Assembly: GCA_030390025.1 (NCBI GenBank)
Contig: CM059425.1
Location: forward strand, 171,308,001-171,372,000
DNA: 64,000 nt
Reading direction: 5' to 3'
Origin: Squalus acanthias
Taxonomy: Eukaryota
This document shows, one piece after another, positions 1-12,760 of the stretch. The notes beneath the pieces are model-generated. The model saw only the letters and a program-made list of their open reading frames with translations. It made no database searches and had not been told where the DNA came from. A program made the position numbers and the translations under genes. Position 1 is the stretch's first letter, and each line of letters begins with the position of its first letter.

Positions 1-1036
1 GAAACAGAGATTTCAAACTTTCACTGGAGAGAGATACACTGTGCTGAGCAAAACCCTGATCTTGTTTCCCTCATCTATGTTGGCCCTACTATGTTGTGTC
101 AAATGTTTAAAGTTTATTTTCCATAGTGTTACAATGGCTGATTATCCATAATCTATATTTAAACTAATTATATCCTTTTTTTTAAGCGACATCTTATAAG
201 GATAATGTTGCAACACTTGGGTAGCAAAAAGTTACATTTGGACTTCGAGGAAATTCTTCTGCTGCTTTATGCCAGCAGTGGTGGCATAAAGTGTACGCTG
301 TGGAACAGAAGTATGGATGGAGATGGACAATACTGATTCCCCCATCCATTTCATACTGCATGACCACTCGTCTGGTCAGGTGTGAAGTCATTGCTCAGCT
401 GTTGCATCAAAAACCAGCAAGACGCAGAGTTAAAACAAACAGCACAGTGATCTGCTGAGGGCAACACGTGCACTTAAAGATTTTAAGCCAGAACTGCAAT
501 TAGTGCAAGTGCTCTGCAGACAGGCATCCACATGGAGCCATTGTGGGGGGAATCCACTACAACCAGAAAAAAAAACCATAAGAACACAAAAGGATTGGCT
601 GCAGATCTTCCACAGAATGTACCAGACTTTGGGCAGGCTCTGCTAGATCATTTCAACTAAGTATCTGATGGCCCCCAATGCCTATACAGTCATCTGTTCT
701 GTACATCAACCTACTGTACCCTACCCAATGTTGGCCAATGCTGCATATGGTCCCATTTATCAGCTTCCTTCTTTATGATCAACCAGTACCCAGGCAAGAG
801 CAAGAACACTTGGAATACAAAATTGCAAAAGTGCTACCAAACATTTATTCCTTACAAGTGTTCGTGTGTGTCGCCCTCTGTTATGCATCACCCTGCTTCC
901 TTTTCTTGAATGGATATAATTTGTGTACAACTGAATCTCCTTCTATGTGCTCCCCTGGTGACTGAAGTCAGTGAGATGGCTGCATGCTGAGTGTCAGTTG
1001 AGGCCTCTTGAGACTGAAGTGGCTCTCTATATAGTG

Positions 1037-1475
1037 TCAGCTTTGGCTCAGTTGGTAGCATTCCCGCCTCCGAGTCTGAAGGTTGTGGGTTCAAGTCCCA
1101 CTCCAGAGACTTGAGCACATAATCCAGGTTGACACTCCAGGGCAGTACTGAGGGAGTGCTGCACTGTCGGAGGTGCCATCTTTCAGAGGAAACGTTAAAC
1201 CAAGTCTGCCCTCTCAGGTGGACATAAAAGATCCCATGGCACTATTTTGAAGAAGAGCAAGTGAGTGCGCCATGGGTTCCCTAGCCAATATTTATCCAAC
1301 AGCACAAATCAGATTATCTGGTCATTTATCTCATTGCTGTTTATGGGGCCTTGCTGTGCGCAAATTGGCTGCCGCGTTTACTACAGTACAACAATGACTA
1401 CACTTCAAAAGTACTTAATTGGCTATAAAGCGCTTTGGGATGTCCTGAGGTCATGAAAGGTGCTATATAAATGAT
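1037..1475 (+). mobile_element. Near-complete tRNA-headed SINE of DeuSINE type (SacSINE1/AmnSINE1-like)
   Basis: Pol III A box tggctcagttgg (about 1044-1055) and B box ggttcaagtcc (about 1088-1098). Deu-like core aaagatcccatggcact...gctgtgcgcaaattggctgccgcgtt and L2-like tail gctatataaatg. Several other copies occur in the window. Confidence 0.8.
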
Positions 1476-2744
1476 TTCTTATGCAATGGAACCAAAGCTC
1501 TATCATGCAAACTATCGGTACTGGATTCCTTTTATATGCCTTTAAGAAAAAAAAGTTTACAAAATGACTACAGGCATTTTAAAAAGCAAAATCCTGTCTT
1601 TGTGTGGCAAATATTCTATTGGAGCTATTTAGTTCAGCCAGTTTCTTGGAATGAAGTCAATACAAGTTAATTGCATCAAAAATTCCCTCATGTCTTTGAA
1701 ATGTAAAATTTATGCAAAACTTGTTCCTGGAACCAAGTTATTTGATCTGCAAGGTAAGTGTCAAAAGCAATCAACTCACTAGAATAACCAGAAGTCTGAG
1801 GCTTACCTGAAAGTTAAAATTGATTAATAACATGCTTGCCTGTCTAGTGGGAAAGAAGTACTTTAGTGTGAAGTATCACAGCCTGCTTGGAATAAATGCT
1901 TCTGATTTCCCCCTTCTCCAGTTCCCAGTTTGTCTGTTTTTATCTATGTTGGAGCATTGTGAGGGGCTTTGTAGAGCAGAAGCACTCACATTACATTTAT
2001 CAAAGACTCAGTTAAAAGAATCTGGAAAAAGTCACTGAAGGGCAGAAATTACAAGACAAAGACTCGGCTGCCAACGGCTGGATGCGGGATTGAAATAGTG
2101 CTACAATACCGTAGCCCCAATTTTGTCCTGTTCACTTGTATCTAGTGAGGTTCTGTGCCGACAATGGAGTCTCGCACTTTCTATGCTTAGGAGTTTGGAC
2201 TGTATTATTATTTTTGGGACAATTTAAAGTATTGTGTAAGTTTGACACTGCATTGTTAATTACTTGATGTATTTCTTTTTGCTTAGTGTAATTCCTATTC
2301 TTGTAAATAAATTAGATTACATTATACCTTCTGACAGTGTGTATCTCCCACTCATTGGAATGGTCAGGACAGCGGATGAGCAGCCCACTCAATCTTCATG
2401 CAAAGTATTGTGTGTAAAAGGGATTTTATTGATCCTATGGCATGGTAGTCCCATTCACAGCATACAACAGGAAGTCAATTTCAGGTCACAGGAGATGTAG
2501 ATCTGCTTATTAAAACCGCCTTTGGTCCTGAACAAGAAAAGCTGGGATAGAGACCAAGTCGTAGCACCTTATCTGCATGTGGCTGCTCTTTATCTGATCT
2601 GACAGTGCTCAATGTTAACACTGGGCACTGAAAGTAGAAAACTGTTCCTTTCCTCAGCATGGATAGCCCTCGCTTTAACAACCACAAAAATTCACCAAAG
2701 AAAAGAAAGAGAAATGACACATTCTACATATGCAGTTCATTTAT

Positions 2745-4203
2745 CCACGGGGGAGGTGCCTGAGGATTGGAAAGTGGCAAATGTGACACCATTGTTCAAG
2801 AAAGGGTGTAAGGACAATCCTAGTAACTAGTTTAACGTCAGTGGTGGGTAAAGTTTCAGAAACAATAATCAAGGAAAAGATTAACGGGCACTTGGAGAGG
2901 TTTAAGCTAATTAAGGAGAGCCAACACGGATTTGTAAAAGGCAGATCGTGTTTGACTAATCTAATTGAATTTTTTGATGAAGTAACAGGGAGGATTGATG
3001 AAGGGAATGCAATGGATGTTGTCTACATGGATTTTCGGAAGGTGTTTGACAAAGTACCACATAGAAGGCTGGTTAACAAAATTGAGGCTCATGGAATAGG
3101 TGGGTCAGTGGCAGCTTGGATAAGGAATTGGCTTAAGGACAGAAAACAGTGAGTTGTGGTAAATGGCTGTTTTTCAGACTGGAGGATGGTAGACAGTGGT
3201 GTTCCCCAAGGGTCAGTACTGGGGCCACTGCTTTTTTTGATATATATATATATATATATAAAAATATGACCTGGATATTGGAATACAGAGTAGAATTTCT
3301 AAATTTGCCGATGACACCAAACTTGGGGTGTGGCAAACAGTGATGATGATACCAATCGACTGCAACAGGACATAGAAAGGCTAGCAGAATGGGCAGACAA
3401 GTGGCAGAGAAGTGTGAGGTGATGCATTTTGGCAGAAGGAACAGGGAGAGGCAATATACACTTAATGGCACTTTTTTTTTTAAAGAGTGTGCAGGGACAG
3501 AGGGACCTGGGAGTTAATGGGCTTAGGTCCCTGAAGGTGGCAGGACATATTGAGAGAGTGGTTAGCAAAGCATATGGGATCTTGGGCTTCATAAATAGAG
3601 GTATTGAGTACAAAAGTAGAGAAGTTATGCTGAACCTTTATAAAGCGCTGGTTAGGCCTCAACTGGAGTACTGTGTCCAGTTCTAGTCACCACACTTTAG
3701 GAAGGATGTGAAGGCCCTTGAGAGGGTGCAGAGGAGATTTACCAGTATGGTTCTGGGGATGGGGGATCTTAGCTACAGGGACAGGTTGGAGAAGCTGGAT
3801 TTGTTTTCATTAGAGCAAAGGAGGTTGAGGGGTGATTTGATAGAGGTGTACAAGATTATGACGGGTTTGGATAGGCTAGACGGGGAAAGGCTGTTCCCAC
3901 TAGTTGATGGTACAAGGACTAGGGGACACAGATTTAAGGTTTTGGGCAAGAGATATAGGGGGGATATGAGGAAAAACTTTTTTACGCAGCGAGTGGTGAG
4001 GACCTGGAACTCGCTGCCGATGAAGTGGTGGAAACAGAGACACTCAATGTTTACAAGGGGAGACTGGATAGGCACTTAAGGGAAATAAACTTGCAGGGCT
4101 ACGGGGATAGAGCGGGGGAATGGGACCGACTGGATTGCTCCACAGAGAGCCGGAACGGACTCGATGGGCCAAATGGCCTCCTTCTGTGCCGTTATGACTC
4201 TGT
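2745..4203 (+). mobile_element. 5'-truncated CR1-like LINE (RT and 3' UTR), disrupted
   Basis: ORF pieces DWKVANVTPLFKKG, QHGFVKGRSCLTNL, LYKALVRPQLEYCVQF and LEQRRLRGDLIEVYKI, with frameshifts, stops and an internal (TA)n. Same family as the inverted copy at 41109-42981. Confidence 0.92.
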
Positions 4204-4932
4204 AGGCTGGATTTTGCCAGCCTTGGGGAGGCGGGACTGCCTGGAAAATGGCGGGTAGCCGTCCCGCGCCGGGTCCCGTCTCCTTGGAGGCGGGAAGGGA
4301 TTACAGCCACTTAACTGCCTAGTAAAAGGTAGTTAACAGGCAGATAAGGGGATTATCACCATTTTGCCCACACAAGTGCGGCCTTCCCGCCAGGGTCACC
4401 GAGGCGAGTAGTGGGTCTGCGGGGGTCGAAGGGGTGCAAAAGTGCGCTGTGAAGGTAAGTGATGGGTGCAAGTGTGGAGAGGTGAGTATGTGAGGTAAGT
4501 GGAAGTTGGTAGAAAAAGTTTACTTACCTTTGTTTCTTCCTGCAGGCTTCAATCGGTGAGTATGCTGAGATGACAGATGGCCGTTTCATTCTCCAATGTA
4601 ACAACCATCTAATTTCTGCAAAAGAAAGAGGTTTGATGAGGTCTTGAATTCAAGAACTCATCAAACTACAGAGAATGTCACTGTTTGACAGCTTCACAGA
4701 GCTGTCAAACGATGACAATTCATCTGTCAAAAATTGACAGATGAAACGTCATACGTTGACGTTCTCTATAACCGGCTTTCCCTTAATTGGCCTGCTAAGC
4801 CCGCTGGGCGGGCTTAACAAGGTCAATCAAGGGAAAATAGCATGGGTTGGCCAGAAGTTGATGGAGGCGGGAATGAAACCCGACATGTGGGAGTCCCGCC
4901 TCCAAAAGCTCCCCATTGGCAGAATCCAGCCC
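4204..4932. mobile_element. PIF/Harbinger-type MITE inserted in the CR1 3' tail repeat
   Basis: Termini aggctggattttgcca and tggcagaatccagccc are imperfect inverted repeats. Flanked by tail units tatgactc and tatgattc. Subterminal blocks are shared with the Myb-bearing element at 45640-47320. Confidence 0.8.
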
Positions 4933-5321
4933 TATGATTCCACTAATCTTAGAAAATGATACAGGAGACCTCCCCAGAGAATTAGCATCTTTGCTTTAAA
5001 CATGAAAGTTGATCTGAGAAAGATACTAGGTAATCATGGGAGAAGGATCGGTGGGTAATGCGGTCATTTTTATTTTATGCATACCACATTTTGATTTGAT
5101 AACAAAATATTTACGTCATCCTTCTTTAAAACGTTATTTAATTTCTTCAATATAGCAGGCATATTCCTATAAAATAGATAAACTGTGGCATCCCTATCAG
5201 TCTGCATTGGCTTTGTGACCATTACAAAACTGAACATACCAGACAGCTGTTAAGCAAGTCAATGAAACATTAACGTGGCAAAGTTGCGCTAACCTTAAGT
5301 GCCTTCAGTGAAGCCTCTTAC

Positions 5322-5464
5322 CTTATCACACCTCATCAGTCCCAAGTACCTGAGGGACTTGCTGGTCTGCGAGATCTGGGTTGCTCCCTTATCTGTGATT
5401 TCTTTACACCAGCCTACATCCACTGTTTCAATGGTTGTGCTATACTGGCCAATCGCTATCAGAG
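5322..5464 (-). CDS. FBXL17: Internal coding exon of F-box/LRR-repeat protein 17 (C-terminal LRRs; probably the penultimate coding exon)
   Basis: Translates to (A)LIAIGQYSTTIETVDVGWCKEITDKGATQISQTSKSLRYLGLMRCDK, closely matching the vertebrate FBXL17 C-terminus as I recall it (ALIAIGRYSMTIETVDVGWCKEITDQGATLIAQSSKSLRYLGLMRCDK). Minus-strand acceptor ttctttatttgttgcAG ends at 5465 and donor GTAAGA starts at 5321. Length 143 bp, phase 1 in and phase 0 out. Confidence 0.95.
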
Positions 5465-5924
5465 CTGCAACAAATAAAGAACTTGTCAATTTGTTGTGAA
5501 CACACAATCATGATAATCACATTAATGTAAGATGGTAATTACCTGAGGCCAGTATTTTACTAACTGCTGACTCTTACTTGACTTGACTACTGGGAAGGGT
5601 GAGAGTGTAGCTTGAAACAACCTACTCAACGGATCCCACCTTTTCTCCAAAAAAAGCAACGTTCAGCTCAATTGAAAACTCACCATGGGGAAGGCAGCAC
5701 AGTGATTAGGAGGCTCACTTTACACCATCATTGATTCCAGATCCATCCGAAGCACCCTGAATTGTTTGACTACCCCCTCATCAAACAGATATAAGTGATA
5801 GAGGGAAGGATGAAGTAGGAAAAGCTTGAATTACACGTAAAAGGGAAAGAGGCATGCAAGAATTCAGATATGCAGTAAAGGAGCCAGTAACCTAGCCAAG
5901 AACAGATGTATGAAAGAAAATAAA

Positions 5925-6300
5925 GAATTTGCATTTATATAGCCCCTTACTACATGGGACAGAAATGTCACCTGGAATGAATTACATTGTGAAGTTCCTG
6001 TTATGTCGGTAAATGTGGCAGTTATTTTAAACACAGCAAAATCCCACAAAAATATATGAGATGAATGACCAGTTAATCTGAGTTTTTCATAAGTAACCAC
6101 TGTAGGACTCGGTGCACTGTGTGGGCTTCAAAATCTGCGCAGTTTAAAAGTTATTTCTTTTCTCTCATACAGCTGTTCTTTGTACTCCCTCAGTACTGCA
6201 CTGAAGTTTCAGCCTAGATTATGTGCTCAGGTCTCTGGAGTGGGGCCTTAATCCATGACCTTCCGACTCCGAGGCGAGTCTGACACTTGAACTATGACCA
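5925..6300 (-). mobile_element. Degraded, internally deleted DeuSINE-type copy
   Basis: Reverse-complement matches to the tail (ttgcatttatatagc) and head (actccctcagtactgcac...tctctggagtggg) of 1037-1475. Confidence 0.6.
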
Positions 6301-7824
6301 TCTCATTTGTTACTTCAAGATATATCCATTGGCTATTGGAGGAATTCTACACCCTGTCATGCAAAAGTCATATGTACTTCCCCATATTTCACACGTAACG
6401 AAAATCAAATCCACTAATTAATCTTTACTTACCTTTAATGGATGTAGTTTGCCAGTATACATTAAATTTGTTAAAAAGTGAGGAAAATTGGTGGGATTGA
6501 GGTACGTGAAAAGATAAACTACGTTCATGGAATAAGGAAGACCATAATATGACATTAGTTTCTTTCACTCACTGATCCTCCACATAGTTTAGGATTAACC
6601 CAACAAAAAAAGGTGAGTTTCCTCTGCTTAAGGACCAATTTGCCTAAGAGAATGTCATCTTTGGAATATAAGTGCAGTTGATAGTCATGAGGATTTCTCC
6701 ATGTTATTGCCTTACAAAGGGAGTCTCCCACGAGTCTTATCGTGCTGGCCAAATGAGGTGGTCATAGTTCAAATGGAATTTATCTATTGGCTGTCAGCCC
6801 AAAATATCAGGATAAACATTCTACAGTCTAACAATACATTGCAGTTACTTAACTCTTCAGTGCCAAATCAAATCAGTAACTGTCTAAATTTAGATAAATC
6901 TTTAGTCCCACTGTATGCGAACAGGCTAAAGATGATTGCATAATGATATCTGCATTTGATTGCTAAGGAACACAGTGGCAAGGGAAACTTGGCCATTGTA
7001 ATCTGTTGAGAAAGATTGTGATGAGGTTTAAGGACAGTCTAATCCAACCACCAAAATGAAAAATGGAGCTTCTAGTTCTTTGGTAACACCGCCAAGGAGT
7101 GGGAGTTCTTGTTGCTCAGCTAGAGTTAGTGTATAGCCTGGGGTGACCAGGGAGAAAGAGAGATGGAGTTTACCTTCAAAAGGGGAAAAAAAAGCTCTCC
7201 CATGTTAGGTACAGCAAGGGAGGAAGGTGGGGGGTGGGGGGGGGCGGGGGAAAGAGAGATAAAGAGAAAGTAATCAGTCAAAAATAAAACTTCCTCGACA
7301 CTATATTTCCTATACTCTCAGGGTACAATTACCCTTAATCTTATTAGAACATCACCTAGTAGACTATTGTCAATTTTTCTACTTTCTACCTCAGTCTTCC
7401 TAATGGATCCACTGAATGAAATTGTCAGCTTGTGGCAAATTATGGGCAGTATTGTTCTGTGAATCAGCAGATGCTAAGACCTGGGTTGAAATTAAGCAAA
7501 TTGATTTTGCAGAGGATCCTAATGCTTAGCAGAGAAAGAAAACCTTCCTGTCATCAGTCTTAGCTCGTTTAACATCCAGTTCAAGACAGCGTGCGAATAT
7601 ACCATGCCCTCCATCCATTTAGAAGCTGTAATCCTGTGCCCTGAAGTCTATAAATCAAATTGTGATTTCCACCACATATTACAGTACCTTTAACCAATGA
7701 CTAGACAACAGAGATGGCTGTAGCTAATAACTTTTTGTTGCTGTATTTACAGTCAGTTACCATGTTACACCATAATATCAGAATAGCCTCTTTTTAAGTG
7801 CCACTGCAGGACTTAATATAGACT

Positions 7825-8610
7825 GCAAGTAACATTCACACCACACAAGTGCCAGGCAATGACCATCTCCAACAAGAGAGAGTTTAACCACCACTCCTTG
7901 ACATTCAACGGCATTACCATCGCCAAATCCCCCACCATCAACATCCTGGGGGTCACCATTGACCAGCAACTTAACTGGACCAGCCACATAAATACTGTGG
8001 CTACAAGAGCAGGTCAGAGGCTTGGTATTTTGCGGTGAGTGTCTCACCTTCTAACTCCACAAAGCCTTTCCACCATCTACAAGACGCAAGTCAGGAGTGT
8101 GATGGAATACTCTCCACTTGCCTGGATGAGTGCAGCTCCAACAACACTTAAGAAACTCCATCCAGGACAAAGCAGCTCGCTTGATTGGCACCCCATCCAC
8201 CACCTTAAATATTCACTCCCTCCATCAACGGCGCACCGTGGCTGCAGTGTGTACCATCTACAAGATGCACTGCAGTAACTCACCAAGGCTTTTTCGACAG
8301 CACCTCCCAAGCCCGCAACCTCTTCCACCTAGAAGAACAAGGTCAGCAGGCACATGGGAACAGCACCACCTGCAAGTTCCCCTCTAAGTCACACACCATC
8401 CTGACTTGGAAATATATCGCCATTCCTTCATCGTTGCTGGGACAAAGTCCTGAAACTCCCTTCCTAACAGCACTGTGGGAGTACCTTCACCACATGGACT
8501 GCAGCGGTTCAAGAAGGCAGCGCACCATCACCTTCTCAAGGGCAACTAGGGATGGGCAATAAATGCTTCTTTTGCCAGTGAAGCCCACATCCCATGAAAG
8601 AATAAAAAAA
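7825..8610 (+). mobile_element. 3' fragment of the same LINE family as 26515-29696
   Basis: High identity to about 28903-29696, including YKTQVRSVMEYSPLAW, SLHQRRTVAAVCTIYKMH and the tail ttcaagaaggcagc...gggatgggcaataaatgc. Confidence 0.9.
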
Positions 8611-8960
8611 GACACTCCAATATGGTACTAAGGAGGTGCTGTACTGTTGGGGGTATTGTTCTTTGAATGAGATGTTGAACTGAGGCCTGTCTGCCCATTC
8701 CGGAGGTTCTGGAGGTCCAGGTAGACATATTCTAAGAAGAGTGGGTGCTTTCGTGGTGTCTTGGCCAACATCTCTCCCTCAATACCACCAAAAACAAATG
8801 AACTAGTGATTAATTGATGTTTATGAAAGCTGCTGTGAGCTAAATGGCTGTGGTGTTTGCCTACATAACAACAGTCAGTGCATTTCAGATTAATTCATTG
8901 TCGGTCAAGTGTTTTGAGATATTTCCGAGAGACTTGGTAAAGCACTATTTAAATGACTTT
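8611..8960 (+). mobile_element. Degraded DeuSINE-type body and tail
   Basis: gacactccaa...gtactaaggaggtgctgtactgt...taaatggctg...gcactatttaaatg parallels 1130-1475. Confidence 0.55.
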
Positions 8961-9439
8961 TTTTTTTAAAAAGGATAAAAATGTAAAAACAAATTTTACA
9001 TTTTATACACGAAAGCAGCTCCAACTACAAAAAAAAAGGTTTTTGAGAACAGTGTAACTATTATCTTTGAGCAGCCTTAGCATTATGACATGCTCTGTTT
9101 AGTCAGTGGCCGGTAACAAGTTTTTGTGTTACACACAAGCACCATATTATTAGTGAGCCTTTTGGAGGCTCACTATAAACAGGGTACACCTCATGCAGTC
9201 TTCAACAACATTACTCAGCTGGACAAAAACAAAATATGACAGTAATAATAAGTTACTTCTTATACATAGTTCTTTATTCCATATCTCAGAAACACACTTC
9301 AAATTCAGAACAGCATCTCAAAAAAATTCTGCCTACTGAAAGAAAGTCTAAGATGCCTTTAGATGAGGCATGATATAATTGCCACTGCTGCCATTAAGAA
9401 TGTAAAAAAGTATGGGATGAGAAGTGGTAATAAGGCACA

Positions 9440-12240
9440 AGACAAGACTATTCAGCCCACAACTTCCATGGACCAAGTACAACTGCTTCATTATTGACCT
9501 GACCAGGTTTTAAATGTAGTCTCTTCAAACAGTCACTATCTAATGTTAAAACCGCCAAGAAGACAAAAACGATTAAATGCTTCCCTAATGCACTTCTATA
9601 GCACTCCTTGTGTGGGAAGACATCTCAAGATAATTATGGATGAGGAGAACCATTCAGTCCATACTGCTTCATCCATCCAGAAGCCCCCTTACAGTGACCC
9701 AATTTCAGAATCTAAGGGCTGGATTTTCATTGACCCGTGGAGGCGGGTTTGGAGGGTTATAATTGCGAAAACTGGCGGGCGGGCACAAGTCCGCCTCCAC
9801 GCAATTTTCATTAAATCGTGTCTGCTGGTCCCGACTCCGTCCTGCCTTTAAGAGATGGGATAGGCTGTTAAGGCCCTTAACAAGCACTAAATTGGCTCTA
9901 TAATGCCATTTTGAAAGGCCTTTGTGATTTTAACCCTTGATCTACGTGAAGCACGCCTGTTCTGAACCACGATTGTGAAACCTGGCGGGAGCAGATTTGG
10001 ATTGCTGACTATCAGCTGCAGGTACACTATTACAACGGAGATGTGATGAAGGTAGCAGTAGTATTAGGTCTAATATCACCTCTGATGCTGCTGCATTGAA
10101 GGTCTTCACAGACTGCCTGGCCTTTGCTGTGAGAGGAAGTGGATGCAAAAAAAATCTCTCTCTCTCTCTCTGCTGCTCATTTTGCATCCAGGTCCTCTCA
10201 CAGCAAAGGCCAGGCAATCTCTGACCTGCAATGCAGCAGCAATGATGACATCATCAGAGGCGACTTTCAGACTGAAACCAATAATTGGTTCATGGGTTCC
10301 CACATGCTGGAACTCAATTGCCCAATTAAGTGAAAATTGCATCAATCTCCCACATCCAATTGCAGTCGGGTGGATAACACGAAATGCGGATGACACGACC
10401 CCAACCCGCCCCAGCATCAAAATCCAGCCCTAAGTGTTTCTTAAATGGTTCCAGGGTTTTCACTACCACCATTTCATCTGGAAGTCTATTCCAAGTGTCG
10501 AACACTCTCTGCGTGAAGGACTAACTGATGTCAGTTTTAAAATTACCTTTTACTAATTTGAAGCTGTGTCCCTTGGCTTAATTCCACAATTTAATTTAAA
10601 CTAATATCCCAGATTTAACTTTTCCATACCATTTACTATTTTATATATCTCGATAAGATTACGTCTCAGACATCCCCTTTCCAGGCTGAAAAGCCCAAGT
10701 CTCTCCAGTCTTTCCTCATATCTCAAATCCGACACCAGGGATTAGCTTTGTGGATCTTCTCTGCACAGTCTCCAATGCTTGAATAACTCTCTCATGTCTC
10801 AGTGACCAGAACTGGACATAGCACTCAGGGTGTGGTCTGACCAGAGCACTGTACAGTATGATCGTGAATTCTTTTGACTTAGATTCAGCTGTTTTGCTAT
10901 ATATTGGCTTTGTTGATTGCTGCTCTATATTGGTTGGACATGTTTAGTGTAGCATCTACTAAGACTCACTGGTCTCTTGCCAAATCATCGTTAGCAACTT
11001 CCACACCATTCCTGGAGTATAGTATGGATATGTTGCTTATTTTTCCAACCCATGTGCAGTAGTTTTCACTTGTCTGCATTGAATTTCCTCTGCCATTACT
11101 CTGTCCAGATATTTATTTTGTTGAACTAACTCATGAATTTTTGAGCTGCTTTCTCCGAATCCACTGACCTCTTAGTTTGGTATCATCAGCAAATTTGACC
11201 ATTTTACATTCAGTTTCTGAGTCGAGGTCATGTATGTAAATGAGAAACAACAGTGGTTCCACCACTGAGCTCTGGAGCATACCCTTGATACTCCCCCTAC
11301 CCCAACATAACTCCTCTAAACCAGTATTTGTTGATTTCTACCCTTCAACCAGTTCCTTATCTATTCCCAGGATTTCCCCTGAATCTCCCAGATTTGAGTT
11401 TGACTAATAGCCTTTCATGAGGGACTTTGTCAAATGGTTTTGTCAATCTGGGTACACTATGTCGTGGGGCTTTACACAGTCCACTTGGGATGGTACCTTC
11501 TCAAAGAAGTTGAGGAGGTTGTTCAGGCTGATCTTCTCCTTCTGAATCCATGTTGGCTACTGTTTACTTGCTTGTTATTATACTTAGACTCCTCGTGTTT
11601 ACTCCTGATGATCAATTCCATTATTTTATATGGAATGGAGGTGCAACTGATGGATCTGTTTTATCCCCCTTTTTGAATACGAGGTGAATTGGCCTGCTTC
11701 CAATCTACTGGTCACACCTGATGTCGCATGACTCCATCATAATGGTTGTTAAATCTCCTAGCTCCTCAAATCTCCTAGCTAGTCTTTCTCAGCACTCTGG
11801 GGTAAATACCATCGAGCCCTGGTGATTTATTTGTTATGAGCCAATTTAAACTATCTAGGACTTCCATCTCATTAATAACAAAGTCATTGATTATATTTGG
11901 CATATGTTTGGGGAAGGTACATTGTTCATATCTTCCCTTGTGAAGTAATGATTCAGAATATTGACTGTCTTTTGCTCATCCTCAGTTTTGGCTCTATTTG
12001 CATCCTCTTTGAGTGCTCTCTTACTGTTACGAGTACTGTAAGATTTCTTTACTGTTAGAAAAAAGCATAGCAGCAGAGGCTAAACCTTAGTCTCCCTTTG
12101 CCCTTTTGATCTTTTTAACTTGTTTCTCCATTTCCTTACATTCCTCCCAGTGAACCCATTCCCCCTTTCTGTGTAGGATTTGTAGAAGTTTTCTTCCTCT
12201 TTATATCAGTTTTAATTTGTCTGTTAATCCATTTTGGGTT
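9440..12240 (-). mobile_element. Old, degraded CR1-like LINE interrupted by the MITE at 9716-10430
   Basis: Reverse-complement CR1 motifs: gaccagaactggacatagcactc (ECYVQFWS), gtatcatcagcaaattt (KFADDT), atccatgttggct (SQHGF) and ccatcgagccctggtgattt (KSPGLDG). Confidence 0.7.
9716..10430. mobile_element. PIF/Harbinger (Tourist-like) MITE, family B copy 1
   Basis: TIRs gggctggatttt and aaaatccagccc with a TAA target-site duplication (9713-9715 and 10431-10433). A closely related second copy is at 34346-34958. Confidence 0.9.
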
Positions 12241-12249
12241 AACTGAAGG

Positions 12250-12470
12250 CGAATGGGGGAATGAAAGGCTAGAGTTAACTAGGATGGGATGGGATGAAAC
12301 TATGGAGGGATTTGAAAGTAGGGACAAGAATTTTGAAGTCAACTTGCTGGGATATGGGGATACATTGCAGCTTGGAGGAGTCAGGGATGATGGGAGTGTG
12401 AGACTTTACATGGGCTTCAATATTTTGAATGAGTAACTTGAGGAGGGTTAAGTTTGGGAGGCAAAATGAC
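12250..12470 (-). mobile_element. L2-like LINE 3' fragment
   Basis: Translated remnant KSHTPII...IPISQQVDFKILVPTFKSLH resembles the L2 ORF2 C-terminal LHWLP..RIDFKI motif. Confidence 0.6.
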
Positions 12471-12559
12471 ACATTATCGACCTAAACAGCATTATTCAAC
12501 CGAAACAGCAGTCTGAGATACTACAGTGATTCCCTGTGTGCCCAGGAAAAAGTTACTTC

Positions 12560-12760
12560 AGAGAATTATACAGCACAAGCTATTCAGCCCATCGTGTCTC
12601 TACTGTCTCCTTGAAAGAACTATCAAATTAGTCCCACTCACCTATTCTTTGCTAATAGCCCTGTAAATTTCTCCGTTTCAAGTATTTATCCAATTCCCTT
12701 TTGAAAGTTACTATTGAATCTGCTTTCACCACCCTTTCAGGCAGTGCATTCCAGATCATC
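12560..12760 (-). mobile_element. CR1-like 3' tail fragment
   Basis: ttatccaattccctttgaaag...ccaccctttcaggcagtgcattccagatc-like sequence matches 21459-21530 and 61981-62052. Confidence 0.7.

Larger units (their letters stand above)
1..5321 (-). other. FBXL17: Probable FBXL17 intron downstream of the exon
   Basis: Starts at the GT donor at 5321. The expected terminal coding exon (VNE..VEQLVQQYPHITF-like) is not seen in 1-5321. Confidence 0.7.

Noticed and set aside
1037..1110. tRNA gene
   Set aside because: A and B boxes are present, but the sequence runs straight into a SINE body and I see no convincing cloverleaf or oligo-T terminator.
5295..5507. 70-aa ORF as a standalone gene
   Set aside because: Only 5322-5464 resembles FBXL17 and is bounded by splice sites; the rest is intronic read-through.
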